Source: Octopus sinensis (lineage: Eukaryota). Taken from it: a DNA stretch of 14,962 nucleotides. The notes under the pieces were generated by a model. That model did not search any database. It worked only from the letters and a program-made list of their open reading frames with translations, and was not told the origin of the DNA. The translations under genes were made by a program, and so were the position numbers. Positions 1-8,698 of the stretch are shown piece by piece. Every line of letters begins with the position of its first letter. Position 1 is the stretch's first letter. The stretch is from positions 1-14,962 of the forward strand of contig NW_021825643.1 of NCBI RefSeq assembly GCF_006345805.1. Reading direction: 5' to 3'.

Positions 1-780
1 CTTTGGCTCTCAGTTTAGGAGTCGTTTACTGTAGAAAGTAAAACGAGCGTTGATAAGGATCGGGAGGGATATAACGTAATTGTTGGAAGGGGATGAGGTT
101 GGAGCGGCATGGAATAATTACAAAAGAAAGTAAGGAAGTTTTAAGGGATATGGAAATGGGAACATTCCAGGGCAATTTCACGAAAAAAGAGGCAGAAACT
201 GAAAAATTATAAAACTATGCTATCATGTTTAAGGATGTTTATGTTCCCGTAAGCCAATAGAATTCAAAAAAGTCATTTAAAAATCTGCATGACTAGTGTC
301 ATGTGATCAGTGCAAGCAACTTGGATCCAAAAGATGACAATTTGACAGCAAGGACAAAAGGTAGGTATCCAGTTACGTCCGAGAAAAAGATTAGCCTTCC
401 ATCTTACAAAGATGAATTTTCAGGAAGAACAAGAGTAAAATTACAATTTGGCAGTGATATTTATAGAAGATAATCCTGCTTGTCAGCAAAAACAAGAATT
501 TACTGTGGCCATTAGAATTTGTTGCGTCAGTTACGTTTTAGCATTATAATTTTAGTCTACAAAATCCTAACAAATAATTATTTTAAAACAATGCAACGAT
601 TGTGACATGCTGTAAGGGGGGATTTTATCCTTATACATAGTACCTTATATTTCCAGTTACGAGTACCTACTTGTGCGCTGTTTATGGCAATTTCAGCCAC
701 ATAATGATCAGTGGTTTGCTATATTATAGGGCTCCCAGAGTCACCTGCAATGCATGTAAAATGTCTAGAATTAATTATCT

Positions 781-1172
781 AAGGGGCTAAACATAGAGGG
801 GGACAAACAACGACAGACAAAGGGATTAAATTGATTACAGCGACCCCAGTGCGTAACTGGTACTTAATTTATCGACGCCGAAAGGATGAAAGCAAAGTCG
901 ACCTCGGCGGAATTTGAACGTAACGGCAGACGAAATACCTATTTCTTTACTACCCACAAGCGGCTAAACACAGAAAGGACAAACAAGGACAGACAAACGG
1001 ATTAAGTCGATTATATCAACCCCAGTGCGTAACTGGTACTTATTTAATCGACCCCGAAAGGATGAAAGGCAAAGTCGACCTCGGCGGAATTTGAACTCAG
1101 AACGTAGCGGCAGACGAAATACCGCTAAGTATTTCGCCGAGCATGTTAACGTTTCTACCAGCTCGCCGCCTT
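781..1172 (-). mobile_element. tRNA-derived SINE (OK-like) with tandem duplication of its B-box/central region
   Basis: Minus strand begins AAGGCGGCGAGCTGGTAGAAACG (A-box-like), then GAGTTCAAATTCC (B-box-like) and GTCGACTTTGCCTTTCATCCTTTCGGGGTCGAT. GAAATACC recurs at 932 and 1116 (184 bp apart); the leftmost unit lacks TCAGAAC. Family name is from recall. Confidence 0.85.
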
Positions 1173-1193
1173 GTAAATATCAAGATATACTGC

Positions 1194-1408
1194 TTTCAAA
1201 ATCTGGCAGAAAGTCAGCTATTGTGGGGTGGAGGATTTGCAAGTCGATTATATCGACCCCAAGTGCTCAACTGGTATTTTATTTTATTGACCCCGAAAGG
1301 ATGAAAGGCAAAGACGACCACTGTGGAATTTGAACTCGGCACGTATTGTCGGAAGAAATTCCGCTAAGCATTTTGTCCGGCAAGGTAACGATTCCGGCAA
1401 GCTCGCCA
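1194..1408 (-). mobile_element. OK-like SINE, older diverged full-length copy
   Basis: Same head, B box (TTTGAACTC on plus), central domain (CCCCGAAAGGATGAAAGGCAAAG) and GTCGATTATATCGAC hairpin, with more substitutions. Confidence 0.8.
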
Positions 1409-1435
1409 TCTCATATGTTTCTGAAGATTTTGATG

Positions 1436-1618
1436 TTCAATTTTGACACAATGCCAGAAATTTTGGGAGAGTGGGGTTCAACTGGTACGTATTTTATCGA
1501 CCCCAAATCGATGAATGGTAAACTCGACCCCGGAGGAATTTGAACTCAGAACGTAAAAACGGTCGAAATGCTGCGAAGTATTTTGTCCGGCATGCTAACT
1601 ATTTTGCTACTTCGCCAT
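1436..1618 (-). mobile_element. OK-like SINE, diverged copy with internal deletion
   Basis: GAATTTGAACTCAGAACGT, CTGGTACGTATTTTATCGACCCC and head remnant TTCGCCATC on plus; the GTCGA-n5-TCGAC hairpin is missing. Confidence 0.75.
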
Positions 1619-1750
1619 CTTATAAACCTCTAAATATATTGAAAAGCTTTTTGGTCCGACTGTTCAACGAATTTGGCATCTCTCCACACTAACAATAATA
1701 ATGAAGATGGTTTCCTGCAGACTTGAAGCACAATACCAATGAAAGTTTTG

Positions 1751-1886
1751 CAAGGAGGGGAAGGTGAGGGGGAGGTGAAGAGGGAGGGAGAGTGGAAAAG
1801 GAAGTGGGGGAAAATGAGGAAGAGGAGGGGGAGGAGGTCAGGAGGAAGAGTTAGAGGAAGAGAAGTAGGAAGAAGGGGAAAAAGGA
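1751..1886. repeat. Purine-rich (GA/GGA) low-complexity tract
   Basis: Almost exclusively G and A on the plus strand. Confidence 0.9.
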
Positions 1887-1932
1887 AGCGCTACTGATGA
1901 AAAAGTTGTATGGCGAATTGTATCGAATGCAG

Positions 1933-2219
1933 TATGTATGTATGTGTGTACGTACGTACATACGCATGTATGTATGCATGCATACATGCATGTATGTATG
2001 TATGTATGTATGTATGTATGTATGCATGTGTGCGTATGTATGTGTGTATGTATGTATGTATGCATTTATGTGATTATGTATGTATCTATGTACGTATTTA
2101 TGTACGCACGTATGTATGAACGTATATTTGTATGTACGTATGTATTCACGTATGTATATACGTATATTTGTACGTACGTATGAGTGTTTGTGTGTGTGGT
2201 GTGTGTGTGTGTGTGTGTT
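1933..2219. repeat. Degenerate (TATG)n microsatellite ending in (TG)n
   Basis: Direct reading; TACG and TGCA variant units are interspersed. Confidence 0.95.
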
Positions 2220-2501
2220 ATTTAGAGTTATTTCTAGATTTCTTGCCAATAGTGGAAGAGCCGGTTTCTAACCAAGATCCAAGACTCCTTCATTGGAATT
2301 TCAACATCAACAGAATAGCTGCACCTGTATGGGTGTATATGTGCAAGTATTCCGAGCCAGCTCACGCATCTGCAGATTTGCATGTTTTGTTTTATGTATG
2401 TATACCGATGCATATGCAAGAGTTAATTCTAATAGTAATGCAAATAAAAACTCCATTACTTTCTGACTCATCTCATAACAACACATTTAGACACCTGCAT
2501 A

Positions 2502-2916
2502 TTCTCTTTGTCTTTTCTCTTTTACTTTTTTCAGTCATTTAACTGCGGCCATGCTGGAGCACCGCCTTCTAGTCGAGTAAATCGACCCCAGAGCTTATTC
2601 TTTGTAAGCCTAGTACTTATTCTATCAGTCTCTTTTGCTGAACCGCTATGTTACGGGGACGTAAACACACCAGCATCGGTTGTCAAGCAAATGGTGGGGG
2701 AACAAACACAGACACGCAAACATATACACACATACATATATATACATATATACGACGGGCTTCTTCCAGTTTCCATCTACCAAATCGACTCACAAGGCTT
2801 TGGTTGGCCCGAGGCTATAGTAGAAGACACTTGCCCAAGGTGCCACGCAGTGGGAATGAACCCGGAACCGTGTGATTGGTAAGCAAGCTACTTACCACAC
2901 AGCCACTCCTGCGCCT
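2502..2916 (-). mobile_element. tRNA-derived CORE-SINE (OR-like), full length
   Basis: Minus: GGCGCAGGAGTGGCTGTGTGG (A-box-like), GGTTCATTCCC (B-box-like), ACCTTGGGCAAGT (2829-2841; CORE/MIR-type motif), internal TA/CA tract, tail GGCGGTGCTCCAGCATGGCCGCAG and A-rich end. Confidence 0.85.
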
Positions 2917-3084
2917 ATGTTCTTATACGCTAAACTTCTGGAAGGCTTTACGTATTTTCGCAGTTCCATTGATGGTTTGTATCTGTAATCTTCTAATTAA
3001 CTTTCTTCCTTCTGGTTTTCAGAAGCCTAACTTTTTAAGATTGGTGCTGAGAAAGTTGGTTACATACCTTAGTGCCCCAATAGC

Positions 3085-3284
3085 GTAAAGACCCGCATCG
3101 GTCCTGAATGACCATGGGATTGCGCATAGAAAGTTACTCTCTGGGACACAAGTCCGGGCAAGGTTGCTTATGGAAGACCAGCAGTCACCCATGCGTACCA
3201 GCCTCCCCTCTCGACGCAACCAGTGTTACCCAAGGGAAAGGCAAAGGCTGGTATAGCATGGTCCTAGTGACGTAGCAACTCATT
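3085..3284 (-). mobile_element. Interspersed repeat fragment, probably the 3' half of a third SINE carrying RTE-5'UTR-like sequence
   Basis: GC-rich block in AT-rich DNA; plus-strand CCTCCCCTCTCGACGC...CCAAGGGAAAGGCAAAGG resembles, from memory, RTE-associated 5' regions. No tRNA head is visible. Confidence 0.45.
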
Positions 3285-3507
3285 GCATCCATGCGTCTGT
3301 ATGTATTCAATAATATGGGGATTCTCTATATTTATCCCAGGAGTGTCTACTTTTCAGATAGCATTGTATGTTGTCTTACTGACAACGTCATGTCGCGTTG
3401 GGAAGTAACAGTACCTTGATGACATTTTCGGACAGCTCACGCATGAGGTTTTCCACAGAAAAATGACGAGATCAACATTTCAACTACATCTTGGGGCTCC
3501 AAGAGCT

Positions 3508-4140
3508 TCAATTTTTTTTTTTTGCTTGTTTATTAGGTATTTTGAAGTAATCACTTGTTCTTGGATTGTAAGTGCATAGCCTTGGAAGTGTGACATGTTG
3601 TAGCGGCCACGAGTCCGAGAAAAACTGCGTATCATGTTGATATCCCTGTCTTCTTCCTGTCTTCAGCAAACATACCCATGCTTGATTTTTTCTTTCTTTC
3701 TCCCCCTTTTTCTTTTTGATTTTTCCTTTATTTTTCTTTGGTATGCAGAGGTCTTGTTTAAGTATGTTAGTTCGGCTGTTTTGGGGTTGTATAGCGGGGT
3801 CACCAGGAAGAGAATATTGCTTGAAAAGCTCACTACCGACACGTAGGAAGTTGTTCTTTCGTTTTTCAGCCTCGGGGTTATTAGGAATTGTGGTCTGCCA
3901 CCACAACAGTTCTTTTATAGGATCCAGTTATCTCAAGACATCATCAAGAGGAACCACGTCCGGTTTCGGCCCCTACTCCTCTACCGTTTTGACGTGGCGC
4001 CCCCCTCCCTTTCGGAGGTGTCTTCAGCTCTGGTGTTGGGTACATGTCTTCTTTCTTCTGTTCCCTGGCTTCTTCGATGCATCGTCAGCGAGTGTCAGTG
4101 GGAGACTGACTGACTTGTCAAATTTTTCCCTTTAAATACC
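3508..4140 (-). pseudogene. Decayed ORF-like segment of unknown origin, possibly 5' part of a retroelement
   Basis: Reads IEEAREQKKEDMYPTPELKTPPKGRGAPRQNGRG..., then after a frame change and stop LDPIKELLWWQTTIPNNPEAEKRKNNFLRVG... CpG-retaining. No family motif recognised. Confidence 0.3.
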
Positions 4141-4186
4141 TGCCGCAAAGGCTCCAGCAGGCAGCCCCAGCAAGATGTCACGTGAC
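4105..4186 (-). promoter_or_regulatory. Candidate Pol II core promoter (E-box, TATA-like, Inr-like)
   Basis: Palindromic GTCACGTGAC at 4177-4186, TATTTAAA at 4138-4131, and TCAGT with its A at 4107, 31 nt from the TATA start. Confidence 0.3.
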
Positions 4187-4570
4187 GCTCTCTCACCTTA
4201 ACTGACTAGTGAAGGCGCGTAGTTTTAGTCCGCGCATTTTCTAAACGACCGTCACCTGTCAGTCAGCGAAGCTGATTCAGTGTCAGCTTGTCTCACCTAA
4301 TGATGTTATTTTTGCTGTTGTTGTTCAGAAAGTGCTGTCTGAGTGTGACCATACGACATTCAAAGGTTGTCTGCACTGATCTCGAACTTCTACCTTCTTC
4401 TTTATAACTTCTAAGGTAGAGACTGGCGATGTCTCCATTTCTGTCGAATTTTCCAGATTATGTCAGGATCTTGCTGTTTTTTAATGTCTATGGAGCAATT
4501 TTCTGTTGCAGACAGGTGAAGCATTCCAAATGCTAGTATCAGCACTGCTACCGCAAATGCTTTGTGAAAT

Positions 4571-5160
4571 ATTATCATTCTTTTCTATTCCAGGCACAGG
4601 GCGCGAAATTTGGGGGGAGGGGGCCAGTCGATTAGCTCGACCCAGTATACAACTGGTACTTAATTTATCGATGCCGAAAGGATGAAAGGCAAAGTCGACC
4701 TCGCCAGAATTTGAACTCAGAACGTAAAGAGAGATGAAATACCTATTTCTTTACTACCCACAAGGGGCTAAACACAGAGAGGACAAACAAAGACAGACAA
4801 ACGGATTAAGTCGATTACATCGACCCCAATGCGTAACTGGTACGTAATTTATCGACCCCGAAAGGATGAAAGGCAAAGTCGACCTCGCCAGAATTTGAAC
4901 TCAGAACATAAAGACAGATGAAATACCTATTTCTTTACTACCCACAAGGGACTAAACACAGAGAGGACAAACAAAGACAGACAAACTGATTGAGTCGATT
5001 ACATCGACCCCAATGCGTAACTGGTACTTAATTTATCGACCTCGAAAGGATGAAAGGCAAAGTCGACCTCGGCGGAATTTGAACTCAGAACGTAATGGCG
5101 GACGAAATACGGCTACGCATTTCGTCCGGCGTGCTAACGTTTCTGCCAGCTCACCGCCTT
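4571..5160 (-). mobile_element. OK-like SINE with three tandem 184-bp internal units
   Basis: One head at 5160-5105; GAAATAC anchors at 4736, 4920 and 5104 (period 184); the last unit ends in a different tail (CCCCCCAAATTTCGCGCCCTGTGCCTGGAATAGAAAAGAAT). Confidence 0.9.
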
Positions 5161-5169
5161 GACCAGCTT

Positions 5170-5221
5170 ACCGCTAAGTATTTCGTCTATCGAGCTAACG
5201 ATTTTGCCAGCTCTCCGCCTT
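5170..5221 (-). mobile_element. Isolated 5' half (A-box part) of an OK-like SINE head
   Basis: Minus AAGGCGGAGAGCTGGCAAAATCGTTAGCTCGATAGACGAAATACTTAGCGGT, ending before the B box. Confidence 0.75.
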
Positions 5222-5375
5222 GAGAGATATTGAGGAAAATTCCGACTGCCGTATATTTCTAAGTCCGGCATAGTATTCTGAGGTCACTATCTTCATTCAC
5301 AGTCCCTTCGTATAGTTTGCTTTCATCAATGCCTAAATAATTTTTAATATTCATTGCGTGGAACAGGTAAGATGA

Positions 5376-5411
5376 AGAGATGGAGAGATGGAGAGATGGA
5401 GAGATAGAGAG
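5376..5411. repeat. Short 8-bp tandem repeat (AGAGATGG) about x4
   Basis: Direct reading. Confidence 0.85.
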
Positions 5412-5747
5412 ACTACTGATGCACCGGTTTGGGATTTATGGAACTGATTTTCCACGTTCAACAATCAGATAAGATACAAACATTTCTTTTGGCCAAATTC
5501 CATTCCGATGTCAGCTGAAAATGTAATTAACTTCACCTGTTTTCGTTGTTGCTACTTTTCTGTTTTGTTTTGTTTTTTGTTTTTTTAGCATTTTTTTTTT
5601 TTTTGCATTGTAAACATTTCTAGCATAAATCTTGAGGTCATCCACCAAGAAATTATGGGTTACCTTGGTATCTCTAGCATCTTAGCAGGTAATCATTGGA
5701 GTTTTTGTAACAGAAATGATAACGGATTTAAAGCCAGAATAAGCAGA

Positions 5748-5748
<1 letters not shown>

Positions 5749-5778
<30 letters not shown>

Positions 5779-5835
5779 TGTATGTATGTATGTATGTATG
5801 TATGTATGTATGTATGTATGTATGTATGTATGTAT
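5749..5835. repeat. Perfect (TATG)n microsatellite
   Basis: Direct reading. Confidence 0.98.
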
Positions 5836-5955
5836 TTATAATTATATCAAAGGGAAATGGAATTTAATTAAATTTAAAATATTCAATCAAATTTACATTT
5901 CCAGTGGTCTAACGTGCAAAAAAATTAGTCAAGAAGACTATATATTAGTCATACA

Positions 5956-6242
5956 ATATAGTGTATATTTATACACATAAGGAATCCACTTAGCGTGAGA
6001 ATCAACACATTAGAGAGAACAGCCAGGTTCTATAAACCACAAAAATAAGGGATAAAATTCGACAGGAATAAATTTGGAAATGAAAAACATGTACCATCTA
6101 GTATCCCATGTTTTTCATTTCCAAATTTATTCCTGTCGAAATTTATCCCTTATTTTTGTGGTTTATAGAACTTAGCTGTTCTCCCTAATATGTTGAATCT
6201 CACGCTAAGTGGATTCCTTATGTGTATAAATATGCACTATAT
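5956..6242. repeat. Long inverted repeat: 136-bp arms, 15-nt spacer
   Basis: Arm 5956-6091 versus reverse complement of 6107-6242: 7 mismatches, no indels; spacer TACCATCTAGTATCC. Confidence 0.95.
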
Positions 6243-6250
6243 CGTATAAT

Positions 6251-6305
6251 TATGTATGTATGTATGTATGTATGTATGTATGTATGTATGTATGTATGTA
6301 TGTAC
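6251..6305. repeat. (TATG)n microsatellite
   Basis: Direct reading. Confidence 0.97.
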
Positions 6306-6319
6306 GTACGTTTTTTTTT

Positions 6320-6476
6320 GTGGGGATGCAATGTTTGCAGTCATGTATGCTTGTTAAGAGCAGGGCTTATTAGCTACCATCGAAGCCGCAGATGCAAAAT
6401 ATAAGTTAGTCCTAGATCGCACAATGTTTCTAAAGGTCAGCAATAGTCTTCCTGGGTCACAAGTGGACGGCCATCA
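6320..6476 (+). mobile_element. Very short 3' end of an RTE-type LINE (C-terminal zinc finger plus 3' UTR)
   Basis: CNVCSHVCLLRAGLISYHRSRRCKI* fits CxxC-x12-(H>Y); the UTR ends ATAGTCTTCC...GACGGCCATC, echoing ATGGTCTTCG...GACGG of the RTE at 7153-7730. Confidence 0.55.
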
Positions 6477-7152
6477 TGTATGTATGTATGTATGCATATA
6501 TGTATGTATGTATGCATGTATGTATGTATGTATGTATGTATGTATGTATGTATATATGTATGTATGTATGTGTGTATGTATGTATGTATGTTGTGTATGT
6601 GTGTATGTCTGATGTATGTATGTATGTGTGTATGTATGTATGTATGTGTGTATGTATGTATGTGTGTGTATGTATGTGTGTATGTATGTATGTATGTATG
6701 GATGTAATGTATGTATGTATGTATGTATGTGTGGTGTATGTGTATGTGCATGTATGTAATGTATGTATGTATTGTGTGTATGTATGTGTGCATGTATGTA
6801 TGTATGTATGTATGTGTGTATGTATGTATGTATGTATGTGTGTATGTATGTATGTGTGTGTATGTGTGTGTATGTATGTATGTATGTATGTATGTATGTA
6901 TGTATGTATGTATGTATGTGTGTATGTATGTATGTATGTGTGTGTATGTATGTATGTATGCATGCATGTATGTATGTATGTATGTATGTATATATGTATG
7001 TGTGTGTATGTATGTGTGCATGTATGTATGTGTGCATGTATGTATGTATGTATGTATGTATGTATGTATGTATGTGTGTATGTATGTGTGCATGTATGTA
7101 TGTATGTATGTATGTATGTATGTATGTATGTATGTGTGTATGTATGTATGTG
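6477..7152. repeat. About 680-bp (TATG)n/(TG)n compound microsatellite
   Basis: Direct reading; source of the MYVC and HTYI pseudo-ORFs. Confidence 0.98.
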
Positions 7153-7730
7153 TGTTGTAGTTTGTCCGTCGATGCGACGAAGACCATCTAGTCATCCTGG
7201 GGTGTTGGTGGACTTGTTTTGTGAATCCGCAGATGGCTAGGGAGGCGAATCTGCGCCCGAAAGAGTCTTTGACAATGTTGACAGGGAATGGTAGCGCTTG
7301 CTACAGGGTTGTTAGCTCTGTTCTTCCTGGCTTGTCTGCGGTCTTCTGCAGCAGCGATCCTATTGGTCTCGCATATTTTGGCACCCTTGTGGTCAGCTGA
7401 TCGCCAGTCTTCTCTGTCCAGAGCAGACTGCTCCCAAGTGTCATGGTCGATGTTGAAGGCTTTCAGTGAGGTTTTTAGTGTGTCCTTAAAGTGCTTCTTC
7501 TGACCGCCTTGTGAGCGCTTTTCCTTTTGCAGCTCGCCAAAGAGCAATCTTTTTGGTAATCGATCGTCTGACATGCGATCTGCTACGTGCCCTGCCCAGC
7601 AAAGATGAGACTGCATCAAGATGGTATGGATGCTGGGTAGGTTAGTACGTATTAGTACCTCGGTGTCCGGAATCCTGTCCTGCCACTATATGCCGAGAAG
7701 TTTTCTGAGGTGTATTGTATGAAAGTGGTA
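7153..7730 (-). mobile_element. 5'-truncated RTE-clade LINE, C-terminal region
   Basis: HLRKLLGI*WQDRIPDTEVL...HLCWAGHVADRMSDDRLPKRLLFGEL...RSQGGQKKHFKDTLK... and C2H2 finger CQHC-x12-HLRIH; stop at 7188, short 3' UTR running into (ACAT)n. Confidence 0.9.
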
Positions 7731-7844
7731 TGTATGTATATACGTATATATGTATGTATGTGTATGTGTATTGCTGGGAAAATGGAGAGGGCATTGCTGG
7801 CTGCTATTTTTGCATGGCTGGAGAAAAGGATATAGAGCTGGCAT

Positions 7845-8085
7845 ATACATACATATATATATATACGATTGATTTCTTTAAGTTTCTGTCTACGAAATCA
7901 TATATATATATTATATTATATATATATATATATATATATTATAATATATATATATATAGATATATATATATATATCTATATATATATATATATATTATAT
8001 ATATTATATATGTAGGTATGTATGTTTATGTATGATGTGTATGTATGTATGTATGTATGTATGTATGTATGTATGTACACACATA
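7845..8085. repeat. (TA)n and (TATG)n tract containing a 36-bp OR-like SINE fragment (7864-7899)
   Basis: 7864-7899 matches 8296-8331 at 32 of 36 positions. Confidence 0.85.
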
Positions 8086-8149
8086 CAAAGATAAATTGTG
8101 TGGGCAAACAAAAATATGAGATACTGCCTAGTGGGGTTTTTTAATTTTG

Positions 8150-8460
8150 ATAAGCCTGGTACTTATTCTATCAGTTTCTTCTTGTGAAACCAGTAAGTTA
8201 TGGGGATGTAAATAAACGAATACCAGATGTGAGGCAGTGATGAGGGAGAAACACAAAGACACACACACAGACTTACATATATACATGCATATATATACGA
8301 TTGATTTCATTCAGATTCTGTCTACAAAATCCACTGACAAGGCTTTGGTTTGTCTGAGGCTATAGCAGAAGTCACATGCCAAGTCACCACACAGTGGGAC
8401 TGAACCTAGGACCATGTGTTTTGGAACCAAGTTTGTTACCACACAGCCACACCTGCACCT
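8150..8460 (-). mobile_element. OR-like CORE-SINE, diverged, lacking the LINE-like tail
   Basis: Colinear with 2605-2916: head AGGTGCAGGTGTGGCTGTGTGG, B box GGTTCAGTCCC, degenerate CORE, CA/TA tract, CCTGGTACTTATTCTATC. Confidence 0.85.
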
Positions 8461-8629
8461 ATGTATGTGTGTGTGTATGTGTGTATGGGTGTATATATGT
8501 ATGCACGTATATATGTGAATATGTATGTGTACATATTACATGTACATCTATATATATATACATCTACACATATACATGTATACATATACATCTATGTGTA
8601 TAGAAATAAATGTATACATATACACCTAT

Positions 8630-8661
<32 letters not shown>

Positions 8662-8698
8662 ACACTCACACACACACCACACACACACACATATACAT
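8461..8698. repeat. TG-rich to CA-rich microsatellite spacer with inverted symmetry
   Basis: Left part TG/TATG, right part CA/TACA. Confidence 0.9.

Noticed and set aside
1025-1543. ORFs of 102 and 65 aa
   Set aside because: They lie antisense within SINE copies; no coding evidence.
1690-1760. Possible very old OK-like SINE tail (TAATAATGAAGATGGTTTC...GCACAA...GGAGGGGG)
   Set aside because: Too diverged, with no central domain or head adjacent.
2225-2310. Block GGAAGAGCCGGTTTCTAACCAAGATCCAAG that looks like a dispersed repeat end
   Set aside because: Single occurrence here and no assignable motif without a database search.
3420-3460. Minus-strand CTGTGGA...CTCA-TGCG-TGAG...CCGAAAATGTC resembling a hammerhead
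   Set aside because: Stem I cannot form and stem II is not adjacent to the core.
3545-3600. LCTYNPRT in ORF 3508-3906 resembling the Penelope linker motif ISTYNPRN
   Set aside because: Only five residues match and no RT or GIY-YIG motifs flank it.
3952-4030. Hammerhead-like halves on minus (CTGAAGA near 4027 and CCGAAACCGG near 3969)
   Set aside because: No G-C closed stem II joins them, the would-be cleavage triplet is GAC rather than NUH, and CCACGTC/GACGTGG pairing sequesters it.
4328-4415. Possible plus-strand exon (TTGTTCAG acceptor, AAG/GTAGAG donor)
   Set aside because: Stops in all three frames, weak donor, no partner exons.
4571-5160. Regularly spaced repeats superficially like a CRISPR array or tRNA cluster
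   Set aside because: Whole 184-bp units are repeated with no unique spacers; heads are SINE-derived and I could not fold a full cloverleaf.
6437-7240. Long ORFs of 140-254 aa (MYVC and HTYI repeats), and similar ones at 1838-2271, 5750-5980, 8376-8867, 9760-10757 and 12489-12803
   Set aside because: Translations of TATG, TA and CA microsatellites that lack stop codons in several frames.
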